From Dimorphilus gyrociliatus (taxonomy: Eukaryota > Animalia > Annelida), in NCBI GenBank assembly GCA_904063045.1, contig CAJFCJ010000001.1:124001-188000 (forward strand): a stretch of DNA of 64,000 nucleotides, read 5' to 3'. Numbering within the stretch: the stretch's first letter is position 1; the number at the start of each line of letters is the position of its first letter. The notes under the pieces are model-generated. The model had not been told where the DNA came from, ran no database searches, and worked only from the letters and a program-made list of their open reading frames with translations. The translations under genes and the position numbers were made by a program. Below are positions 24,636 through 36,103 of the stretch, piece after piece.

Positions 24636-27600
24636 TATCTATTTATATTTCTACCTTTAAAGCATAATATTCTATATAAATTGGAAATAATTTGAAAAAC
24701 ATTCTGTCGTTTTTCCTCAGATATGGAAATAAATTTACATTTGAAAATCTAAGAACATGAATAAAATTAATTGTATTAACTACAAAAATACTCCCATTCT
24801 GATCAATATAAAATTTATTGAATCATTCAATCTTTCGCAATGCATAAGCACGGTCGAATAACTCCTTTTACATATTCTATAAAGCTCCCTATTTCCCTAT
24901 ATATAAGCATTTATATACTATATACTATAAATTTATACTATATACTAATATATATATATATATTTTTATTTTTATCTGCCTACCGATAAATCGAATTAAA
25001 ACTTGAAACGTGACTTGAAATATCACTCCAACATCTGTCGTTTTACTATAAAGTTCATTGACTTAGTAACATATTGAAATTTTTTCATTTAAAATAAGGC
25101 TTTTCAAAAAAATTCTAATTCGTATGGTTAACAAACTACTCATATTTAGAAACAATATCTGAGAAATTAATAAAAAATATTTCGTACCACCTATAAATAT
25201 AGAAATAATGTAATGACACCAGTTAAATACAAATAAATTGATGGGGTAATAAACTGTAGGGATTCGCTGTTGTCTGACATAAAGAATAAAGCTTATTTAA
25301 ATAATTGAAGCACGTTTTGTGCCATGCGACTGTACATTGGACTAATCGATACCATCAAATCTTTTGTAGTTTTTATGATCAATCGTAGGTTTTAAAAGAA
25401 TCTCTTTTGTGCCATACTAAAAACTAGATATCATACTGGATCTATGTTTACTCACCGGTTATACAAGACTTTTTTAGAGCTAAAATTTATGTTTTTCTTT
25501 AAAAAAAAGGAAAGAAAATGGTAGCAAATATTTAATCAGTAGATCCGTTTCAAAAGTTATTAGTTTAAACACAATGTTAAATAAACAAAAACGGTGAATT
25601 ATTTTGACCTGAAGAAAACTAGGTCGAGGGTCGTTTGCAGTTAAAAAAGATATCAACTTATTCTATTAACATTCCGAAAAATGAAATTGAACTTGTTTTT
25701 AAAAAGATTTGTAATATTTTGTAAAGCCATGATTAATTGAGTTTTAATGAAATTGAATAAAAATTTTAAGTCTCTTCCGTTTGCTAAGCTCAAGCACATT
25801 CTATTCTTAAGCAAGTCACGTTACTATGATTTAGCAAGCCTTCCTGAGTTTTTCGTGTAATATACAAGAAAATTAAGACCAGGATGACAGCCAACAAAAT
25901 AATGCATTTGTTGATTTTGATGAAGCTCTTACTTGCAAAAGTACAGATATATATAGATCCTGGGTGATACAAAATTAAGTTAATTCTTTCAAAACCTTAT
26001 TTGCTGAGATCCGATATCACATAGTTTTTCCATGTTTAAAAGTAACAATTTATTATACTTAAGGTCATATAGATATAGTAAAAAAAGATAGGAATTCAGG
26101 AGACAGCTATAAGAATTGCTAGAAAATATCATTCTATTCGAAATTGATAATGCATATTTTACTTAAAAAGCGCATTGTTCGACGACACTGCTTGATAATA
26201 AGTCCTGTTAAATGACCCTTGACCCTAAAGCCGAAATATAACTTTAAGCGTTCTAATTTAAAAAAAATAGAAATAGTTATTGAATAAATACTTTTAAGTC
26301 ATAATATAATACTGGGGCGACTACTGGCAAAAGCCAGTACTTTAGTAATAATGAAACTAAATAAATATACCGTCAGCAGAGTAGTAAAGGTTCTTCCTGT
26401 ATAACTGAAAAAAAATTACCTGGATCAGGCCAAAACTTGACCTGTACCGAGGCCAATCCAAACTCGATAAAAGTTTAATTATTTGTTTTAATATATACCT
26501 CTCGGAACGTTTGGACTATAGTATATTTTTCACTCTCAGCAGACACGATTGTTATTTCTATAATAATGACTTACATACAGATTTATTGGTTAAAGGCTAT
26601 CGAAATGACTGAGTCTAAGATGTTGCTATAGTAACGCCTTCTAGGTATAAAGGTGTGAAGGGTAATGAGTAAATCAACTAGAAACTAGAGTCCTTTCTTT
26701 TAAGTATTGGAGATGACGGTAATTATGTAAAGGAAAGCGCTCTATAATTTATTGTACTCAAAATTGGTCACGTGATAATATCCCTGATATGCCGTGTATA
26801 AGTAATGAAAAATATTTCAGTGTAAAAGAGTAGTGGAGAAAACGCACAATTGGCTGTAATTTGAGATAAGGAATCCTTGTTGGTGCAAAACGTCATCGTC
26901 TTAAGATGTAGAATTGATTAAAGCAGTTCTAAGGCCGGGTTTCACTATTATTGAAACCTGAATTGTAGGTCAGATTGAGAATTTGAATTGACATGATACA
27001 CCTTTTTCATATCCTTACTAAAAATAGATCAAAAATATCCTTAGACTTATCTGTCACTTATCTATATAATTTCTTATGAAAATTATGTTTTTTGCTCCAG
27101 CTTATAGTAATCCTTGACTAACTTTAGAATCAAAGACCTTTCAAAGTAACAAAAAAGGAGCAGTAGGTGCTACATATTAATAAAGCATATACTGTACTGT
27201 CAAATTTCCTTGAACTCGGAAAAATTGTTGAGTATGAGTTCTCACATTACATGTACTTACAGTCACATTTAAAGTTAAATACATATAAAAGCGTTTCCGT
27301 ATTCAAAGAAGCATTTAAAAATCTATAATTCTAAGTAATATTTAAAAAGGGCTTAACTCAAACAAGGCTTAGATTAATGAAATATATATTTTCATTCCAT
27401 GTCTATTTTAACTCTAAAACCAGATTCAAAAAGAATAAAAATTGAAGGGAAATATGAGTATTTAATGTTTGAGTATTGTTCTCAAATTGTACTTACATAA
27501 TTCCAAAATGATTTAACTGTTTTATGATCATGAGGGTCAAATTGGGCTTTACGTAATATAACTTCCAAGAATTTCTTAATTATAAGGAAACACAAATGTC

Positions 27601-28241
27601 AGATCTATCAACTTTATTTAGACAACTATACAATATAGTTTCGTCATATTTTAGCCTATTCATACACACATTTTTCTACATTTTGAAGCGAAAAAGTCTT
27701 CCGTGAACCGATAAACTAAACTGAACTACCAATATCTCTCAAGAACTAGTGACACACCCATTACACTTTTCATTCATTTACAAATTGTTAGGGCGTTTCA
27801 TTGTTACATAAAGACCTAACACCAAACGTTTCCTAGCCGTTTAAACAAATCCTTTGGACTATGACCGTCCAGATAACGTTTAAAAAAAACACTTACCTTC
27901 CAACCTGCCGAACTATTGTTGTCACCCTTATCTCTGAAATACGCCACGTTCTTTACCATCCAGTCATAGATCTGGGCCAGAGTTAACCGTTGGTCTGGAC
28001 TGCTTTCTATAGCTTTTGTAATTAGTTCTGCGTAGCTCATATTACCCCACGCATTTCTCCTGGAATTCGATTTCTTTGGAACGGGAGTAGGATCGGCGGG
28101 GCTTGCAGATGTTTCTCCTGGACTTGACTGTTCCGTAAGTTGAAGTTCGACAGGGCGATTAGGCCACGTATTTGCTCGTAGTCTAAATTGCTGTGGTTCA
28201 AAATCACCGTCTGCCTCTTGACCCATCATATTTTTGTCCAT
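18770..28241 (-). CDS. FOXO: Forkhead box O transcription factor, 2-3 coding exons
   Basis: Exon 1 (28241-27897) has RLRANTWP and [15 protein letters not shown]...SSAGWK. A 7.9-kb intron interrupts the forkhead domain at WK|[10 protein letters not shown]. Exon 2 (19983-18900) has RDRASSMD and the CR3 motif [26 protein letters not shown] short exon 3 probably follows a TACTAAC branch point and ends at the stop at 18770. Retention of the last intron would stop at 18847 instead. Confidence 0.95.
23020..23105. repeat. (CTAT)/(CT)n-(TA)n compound microsatellite in FoxO intron 1
   Basis: Direct sequence. Confidence 0.85.
23803..23832. promoter_or_regulatory. Tandem FoxO/DAF-16 binding elements in FoxO intron 1
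   Basis: TTGTTTAC at 23803-23810 and 23813-23820, and TTGTTCAC at 23825-23832. Confidence 0.5.
23924..23937 (+). promoter_or_regulatory. CTCF-like motif
   Basis: CGCCAGGTGGCGTT is close to the CTCF core CCASYAGRKGGCRS. Confidence 0.5.
24567..24635. repeat. (TA)n-(GA)n compound microsatellite
   Basis: Direct sequence. Contains TACAGTA. Confidence 0.85.
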
Positions 28242-28857
28242 AATTCGTAATTTCGCGCCTAAAGATGGCGCCTGTCAAAACTTGACCTAATAGCCTAGCT
28301 ACGTTTTTTACAGCTGATTTCGATAAAATTTTCCACTCGACCAATCTACTTTAACGTTGGAGTAAATATAGGAATTCGTTAGTTGTACCGTTAACGCTTG
28401 TCATCGACTGCAGTCAGCTAAAAATGCGAAATTTGTTCCTATAGCGTTCGGAGGTGAGCAGATTGCAATGTTATGACGTACTGCTGGAATAAGTCATTAA
28501 TATTCATAAAGTGCTTTAACGAAGGCGATTGGTTAAAATTTAGTCGACAGATGGTAGTATAGTACGAATGTGAGGTAACCAGTTCCTCATCGAAATAGCC
28601 TGTACTTGGTTCAAGGACAATTACTCACATTGGTACCGCAATAATTTTTTTTTTACTTTTTTAAAATAAAATATAATAAAAAATAAATTTAAAATTAAGA
28701 AAACCTTTTTCTAAAATTTTGATTTTAATAGAATTTCGGCCTAACTTTTTTTCCTGCAGTAATTTTCATATTTTTGCACTTAGTGTGAGCGATATTTAAG
28801 CGAAGAACGTTTTCTAGTCAGCGGCGGGAAGTTAAACTTTCTAGACCATTTTGCACC

Positions 28858-31800
28858 ATGGATGACAAAGTTGTTCGTCGAGTTCTTGAAATTATTGAAG
28901 GTTTGTTTTATATATACATATACATCTCTTTAAATAAATATACCTATATTGCTGCTTACTTTATTGCGAAATTCAACTTTACAGAGTTGAAGCATCCAAA
29001 CATTAATGAAAGTGATATTGATGAGATGCTTGAGGAAGTTCTTAAACTTCCTAAGTTCGAAGTACCCAAACTATTGGAGAGTTTTCAAGTTTCTCTTACA
29101 GAAGTAATTTTAGTTTTAGTTCAAATACAACTTTTATTAAAATTTTGTAAAATATGAAATTTTAAGGTTTATAGAAGAACGTCAACTTTATGGAACTATA
29201 TCGTTCAAAAGAAAGTTCACCACAGCTGGCAACTTCGAAAAGTTGCAAAAAGTTTGTAATAAACATTTAAAAATAAATACTTTAAGAGAATTGATGTTTC
29301 AGTGCGTACTATTTGCGTCTATCTTTTGAAATGGGTCATGCCTTTAAATTCAAACCAATGGTACTGTATACTTAACTTCTTGATGGTAAGTAGTCCTTGG
29401 ATTGTTGATAAAATTTTCTAACTATATTTCATTAATAGATTCTAATGAAATCAACGAGTACTTGGATAGGTAAAATAAAATATTCTTTGATATTTATTCT
29501 TAAGTGTATTTGCTGTTAGATTTGAAAGAATATCGGGAAGCCAGAAATCTCTCTATTATCATATCAAACGTTAGTTTCTGTTTTGAGTGCTATGTCTTTT
29601 TTATATGTTCCCAATTTTTTTATTTCCAATAAGGTACTTGATCACTGTTCTCGAACGGATCCTTCATTTTCTCTCTTGAAAGAAAACTATGAATTTGTTA
29701 CATTCATCAAAGCTCACTTCTTGTATCAAATATATATTGTAAGTTTTAGCTACTTAAAATTTTAATTAAACTCTACTACTCTTTGCTATCGTATGTTTCT
29801 AGATGATTGGTGAGAATCAACAAGATGAGGCTCTTAAGAAAATAAATTCGTCTATGGATCGATTCTCATTCTTAAAAACATCTGTTTGTTAAGATTTATC
29901 TATTTGAAGGACTATAAATTGATTTCATTCTTTCAACTTTTATTTTTCAGGATATAACGCAATTTATTTCGAATTGTTTCAATACAGGAGTTCACTTACG
30001 AAATGATAAGAAATTAGATTCAGCTATAGACTGGTTTGAGGTTGTCATAAATATTCAAGTTGAAAATTGTCCTGCTGTAGAATCTATAAAGGTATACTAA
30101 TATTATTCCATTTACTTTAATTAATTGTTATCCCCCCCTTAGATTAAAGCGTATCAAGCATTGACACAAACTTTAATGGAACGGAAAGACTCGAATGATA
30201 TCAAAAGTGCAGAAGACCATTTGAAAAGAGCCGTTGAAGTCTGTGACCCTTTGTTTTGGTTTCGTAAACAAAATGAATAACTAATTGCTTCATTTTTATT
30301 TCAATAGCAATATTCAGATTTCATTCTTTTTAAGAGATATATTGAAATAAAAATACTGTTGGGAGACACAGATGAAGAAATTAATAAATGTAAACATTTG
30401 ACTTTTATTGTACTTTATTAACTCAAATTTTTGTTCTAATTTAATCTAGACTTCAAAAAATTGGTAAATAGCAGAGACGCTAATGCTAGAGATTGCTTAG
30501 TGGTTGTTACAATGCTGAAGAAAAGCAATAGGTAATACAGCATTTAACACTAACAATCACCTCAAATCTAAAAATATTTGCTAGAGACCTTTTAATTACA
30601 AAGCTGTTTGAACTTTTGAAGCAAAAGTTTGATGATCCTCTGTCGAAATCAAAGGTAAAATCCTGATAAGGTTCTGAAAAGATTAAAGATTGAACATTTC
30701 ACTTATTTTACAGATATACATGGCTAATATGGAATATCTTCTTTCAAAATCTGAAGATCAAAAAGAATTTTGCAATTTAACGGATAAAATCATTACTGGT
30801 AACTTTCTATTGATATCCGATATTTCAACTTTCTGACATATTATCTTGAAATATAGATATGCCTGAACTTGGAGCTCAAGAGAGTACTGCATTAATTAAC
30901 AATTTGTTCGAAAGGGCTGTAAAAGAAATGAGAGGAGGAAATGAAGTGGTAGCAATAGAACTATTTGAAAAGTGTTTAAAAATTATGCGAAAAACAAAAA
31001 GTGTTACTAATGAAGAGACAGCAAAAATTTATAGGAACATCATTTATTGTAGTATTGCCGCTGGAAGGGATGAAGAGGTAAGTAAATTTTTAAAGAGATT
31101 CATCTAAAAATTATCTTATTGGCAGACTTTAACTTGGTCAGAGAAAGCTTTAAGCTTAAAAGAAAGCTTCTTACCAACTTGTTTTATGATCTATAAATTA
31201 TATTTGGATAAACATGATTTCACTACAGGTTATTAGTAGTAAAATTTGTAGTATTCTTATTACAGATAGTTGTTTTACTTTAGCGGATACATTTCTCGAC
31301 AAGCTGTGCTGTGCTGCAATTGCTGACGCTGATGCTGTAAAAAAACTGTCCCCAGATAGCATTCCTTTTCAAAAAGAGAGCCATCGAACAGATACTCCTT
31401 ATGATTACGTCAGCACGGCTGCCAAATTAGCTTTCGAAGTAAGAACTTAAATATGATTTATTACTGTGAAACATGACCTCTTTTAGGTAAATCAAATTGA
31501 AATGGCAATCAAAGCATTTAAGTGCATTTGTGAATGTTCACCGTCTTCTGATAAAGCTTTGATGTGCTGTAAAGCGCTATGTAGAATTTACTGCACAACA
31601 GCCGACGAAGAAAACGTTGAAAAAGTATACGATGACATAATTAATATAATAGACTTAGCACTTAAGCTGACTCTTGAAAAACCCGGCTTGGAAAATATGT
31701 GCGACTATATAATTTGGTTTAAAAATATTTGTTAGTAATAAAAATAAAAAACATTTCTACTTAATAGATTGTCTTTTGTCAGGCTGGAATTTATGTGGTC

Positions 31801-33179
31801 AGAATACATCTCCCAAAATTAAAAAAACGCTTCTCAACAAATACCTAAAGGTACATCATACACTGTATATACGGTGTTCTAAAGTTTATTAATTTTCTTT
31901 GATTTAGTTTTCCGCATCACTTGACACAAACACCATAGATGATTCGCTTGTAAAGTGTCGCGCTGTAACAGCAGAACTTTGCTTACAAATCGCTGAAGAA
32001 TTACCAGGGGATGAGAAGGAGAAAGCGGTGTTCTTTTCATTTGTTGTAACTCTTCTGCTTAAGTACATATATTTTTTGTTTCAGTCTTTATTGCAAGAGG
32101 CTAAAGATCATATCGATTATATCAACACATTAAAATCAAACGTGAAATTCGAAATAGACGGTAAGTTCCCAAAGCAGGGGATGAATATATGCAGCGAATA
32201 AAGGTTAATGATTATTATTTTTCAATAGAAAAACTCGTATTAGCTCTGGTTTGTATGGAACTTAAATTGATAGTGCTGGTGAATGACAGAAATTTAACTC
32301 CTATCGTGAAAAAAATTGAAAATTTGGTTGATTGCCCTTCCGAACTTTTGCTATTCGCTTCTGGTAATGAGCAAGCTAAATAGTTTATGTAACAAAACTA
32401 ATGCGTTTGAAAATAGTGCATTTGGATCGTACTCCGATGCAGCCAGATGTGAGGATTTCATTAATGAAGCGGATACTGAAAAAAAGTTATCTAGTGGAAG
32501 CTATTGAACTGGACTGTCTCAGGTTAGATATCTAGTTTCTAATTCAAATATACTGTACATTACTCATTACTTGTTGACAATTGCTTTTTTTATCATAAAT
32601 AGTGCCATCTTTAAGCTTACAATAACGAGGTTGTTGCACTTGGGAAACTTGGCAGATGAAAACTCCTTTGATCTTGCTTATATTTCTGCTAGAGAATTCA
32701 TAGACTTCATCCAAACCAAAAATATTGTAAGTAGCTGAGGTTAAATTCCTGTGAATTATCTTGTTTTTTATTCTTATAGTCAACAAATGCAACGGATTAT
32801 CTTCCATGGTTTACAAATAAGGCTTGGAACTTAGGAGTTATTTTATGGAGGTAATATCGTAATATTACTTGTAAAATGTATATTTTTAAACAGCAGGATT
32901 TATTTTCTTACAGCTATGAATATTATCACAGCGCGAACAAATGGTGCGAACTAGCAATTGAAACTGCTGCTTACTGCCATGACTATAAAGAAAGCTTTGA
33001 GATTCAGGTTGTTTACTTATACTCTTATTAAATGTTCATTCTAGTAATCACTTGAACTAAAATTATTACCTACGTTTAAGGAACGTTAAGTAATTTTACC
33101 TTGTTTTTTCAAATAGCTACGTCCGCTCTATGAAGAATTGCAGCTGACTTTAACAAAAACAGCTAGCCAAGTATTCTAG
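28858..33179 (+). CDS. TEX11: TEX11/ZIP4 (SPO22) meiotic TPR-like protein, more than 20 short exons
   Basis: Spliced peptides are colinear with remembered human TEX11: STLWNYIV (~NLWNWAL), NCFNTGVHL...DWF (~LCYNFGV...FWL), TAKIYRNIIYCSI (~TKLQRNMACCYL), STAAKLAFE (~SLAAQFALE), WFKNICWNL (~WFRKTAWNL), KAWNLGV (~KSWNTGV), ANKWCELA...YKESFEIQ (~AEKWCGLA...FKESYETQ). The last exon is 33117-33179. Confidence 0.85.
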
Positions 33180-33536
33180 AAGACGTAATAAGTAATTCTA
33201 TGAACGTTGAAATTAATTATCTGTTCTAATAAATTTTCCGAAAATCTGTAATGTATTTAAAATTGGTTTTTTAGAGCTGTTGATTAAGTATAGAATGCAT
33301 GCAGTAGTCGTTAATAAACTAAAAACAAGACTAGACATGAGTTATCCGTAGAGTACCCTTATCGTCGGTGACACAATAACGACCATAAAGAGCTGACTTG
33401 ATATATATTAGAGAGAGTAGGATTGTATGTTTTTGAGTGCAAAGATTTATAGAAACCTGAGCGGTCCAATTACCAACTAAAAACGTAAGTGGACTACCAC
33501 TTATAAGAGAGGAATACCTTGTCCAACACTTTAGAA

Positions 33537-33941
33537 ATGCTTCGGAACACGCTAACAGGAAACAAATCCAAGCTGATAAGGGCACAGAGACAAAATAAGT
33601 TAGAATCTATAAGGCTGGATCAGTCTCTTATTCAAATTGAGAAGGAGAAAGTGAAGGCAATTCAGACTGTTAATCGAAATATTAGAATGCTAAATGTAAC
33701 TTTGGAGTACATAAGGATATCCACGGGTCGTAGTCCCCATGGCCTCTGTCCAGAGCTTATTATAGCGGATTCTGAAAAAGAAATTGAGCCAGTTTTCGTC
33801 TATGGTGAAAGAAAATTGAGTAGAAGATTCGGAAAAAATCGACCTCATACTACACACAGGATAACATTGAGACCTAGATCAGCAGACGGACGAGAGAGGA
33901 CTCGGCCAAAAACGTCACCCGCTAATCGCACGGATATTTAA
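33537..33941 (+). CDS. Small (134 aa) uncharacterised coiled-coil protein, weakly CCDC190-like
   Basis: The ATG at 33537 follows a 50-nt GT-AG 5'UTR intron (33485-33534) with an in-frame TAA upstream. The N-terminal helix is QRQNKLESIRLDQSLIQIEKEK and the C-terminus is basic (RPRSA, RPKTSPA). The family call is from memory only. Confidence 0.6.
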   Translation: MLRNTLTGNKSKLIRAQRQNKLESIRLDQSLIQIEKEKVKAIQTVNRNIRMLNVTLEYIRISTGRSPHGLCPELIIADSEKEIEPVFVYGERKLSRRFGKNRPHTTHRITLRPRSADGRERTRPKTSPANRTDI

Positions 33942-34229
33942 ATAGTAAATTAAAGAAAGCGTTCAGAAAATACTAAACCTTATTCGTAAAAACATTTAAT
34001 ACTGGTTCACTTCAATTTATAATAATAAAACGCTGTCTATTATCAATATTCAATTTTTTTGAAACATCATAAACAGTATATTGTGAAAGTTTATTACTTG
34101 GGAGTTAAACTCCATTTATCAAATATTCTCTTGATAAGATAGCATTTATCTGAACATATGATATGAAACTAAATAATTTTTCTACTTATTAATCCTCTCT
34201 TCAATCAAGTAAACAAAATTCACAAAATA

Positions 34230-34700
34230 AGAAATATGTCTGAATTGAAAAAGAAGCAGAAAAATTACAATTAATGATCTCTTCCAAGGTAAATTAATCA
34301 AATTACCAATATCTAGTTTTCACCTAGTTCATACTAATTGGTGTAGGTATATTCAAATAAAATACAGTATATAGATTAAAATCGACACTTTATAATATAT
34401 ATTCTCTATTTCAGTGTATATTCAACAAGTCAATCAGATTGAAAGTTCAAAGAAAGGAATACAGGGATTACGAAATATATTGAAACAAATCTATTTGAAA
34501 GGAGAAAGGAAATAAAAGAATGTTTTAGATTTATCTACTTCTTTCTTCATATACTGTATCTTTTAAAATTAGACTTCAAAAGATTGCAACAGATCATCTT
34601 TGATTCTTGTTGTAGAATTGAAAACAGATAATCATACAAATATTATCAACAGGGAACTTTAAAGGAAGAGAAATTAAGGCTGAAGAATGAATTTTATTAA
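34230..34700 (+). pseudogene. Possible degenerate or very small spliced gene remnant
   Basis: Donor at 34289, acceptors at 34414 and 34572. Coding-like pieces are VYIQQVNQIESSKKGIQGLRNILKQIYLK and FKRLQQIIFDSCCRIENR*SYKYYQQGTLKEEKLRLKNEFY*. I found no complete ORF. Confidence 0.2.
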
Positions 34701-36086
34701 AATTTTTAATTGCTTTGGCTGTTGTAAAAATATTTGTTACGTAAAATTGCAATAATACTCTTTAACGAAAGCTAGTTAGCTTTATAGGAAACAAAATAAA
34801 AACAATCTAGATGTTTACAGTGTAGGTGGAAGAAAGAGGAAGTTAGGTAGGAAGAGGAACTTCCGTTGAAAATTTTTCAGTGTTATAACTTACATAATAA
34901 TTTAGTGAATATTTTACGCAGTACATTAGTATTATTTATTCATCTTGTTGAAAATACCTTTTAACAACATCAATATGTTCTGGAAACCTTTATTGATTTG
35001 GGTTGATGAGTACATTAAATGTATATATTCTAATTCACAAGGCTATAAGATAATACTCGTAATAAATTATTCAAGCGTAGTACTGAGAATGAGGTTTTAT
35101 CGATCAAAAAGTAGAAACAAAGCGGATTTTCGCTATGAGCTTTATTTGAAAAAAACATATAGTAAATTCTATATTGATTATTTACAAAATGTATTTAATT
35201 GCAGTATTGTTTCATATTTTTTGACAGTGTATATTATAATGTATTTTTAATAAGCTGGATAACTATACTATCTATGCAATCTATACACAACACATATATT
35301 ACACTACAAGTATTGTTATTAATGACATAACATGAATCCCAAGCTCGACAAATTGTTTTGTACTCACTTTAATGTTTCTAACTTTTACTATAAAATATAA
35401 TAAAAATTAACATATTTCAATTGCGAAAATGGTATTTTTAAGATATCACTTATATAAAGTGTACAAAATATTATATATCGCCTTTAAGCCTAGAATTCCC
35501 TTTATCGTGATATAATAAGGAGTTTAAAATTCTCTTCACAATATCATATTTACGGACTTTTATTCAAAAGGGCACCAATAACATTCCCCCTTCCTTTATG
35601 TTTTGGGTCGATGATATTTTATGAATAGCAGTCAAAGAGCTATTGTTTTTTTCGTAAATTCAATACATTTATTCTTTCTTTGTAATAAACTTTTGCTCTG
35701 TGAACCTTTTTCTTTTTTTGAAATATCTTACGTAGTTGAAGAAATATAAGGCTTAACTATAATTCTTTCTCTTATTCGATAATCACGTGATTAAAAGGCG
35801 AAAATTTAGGTTGAATATGACATTTTACTTTACCCGATTGATCCCAATACAGAAGTGTTAATAATAAAAAAAGATCAGTACACTATTACATTTGTTCGGT
35901 ATTAATTCATTTACGTTCTAATATATCGTTAATTAGATTATATAGTCAGAGATTGTAAAGGGAAAAGTTTTTAATTGTTATAAGGTTAATATTACCCCCC
36001 ACCCAAATCAATTATTTATTAATATATCTTAAGTGATTTTGTATCGCACCACTTTTCGTTATGTATGCTTCTTTCCACATAATGAT

Positions 36087-36103
36087 ACTAGATGGCGTTA
36101 ACA
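36087..36103 (+). promoter_or_regulatory. CTCF-like motif (17-mer identical to 58243-58259)
   Basis: ACTAGATGGCGTTAACA. Confidence 0.45.

Noticed and set aside
25790-25972. 60-aa TM-like ORF nested in FoxO intron 1, and short plus-strand peptides there
   Set aside because: It starts with TTG, has no supporting splice structure and shows no recognisable homology.
32544-32807. 87-aa minus-strand ORF resembling a standalone protein
   Set aside because: It is antisense to two well-supported TEX11 exons.
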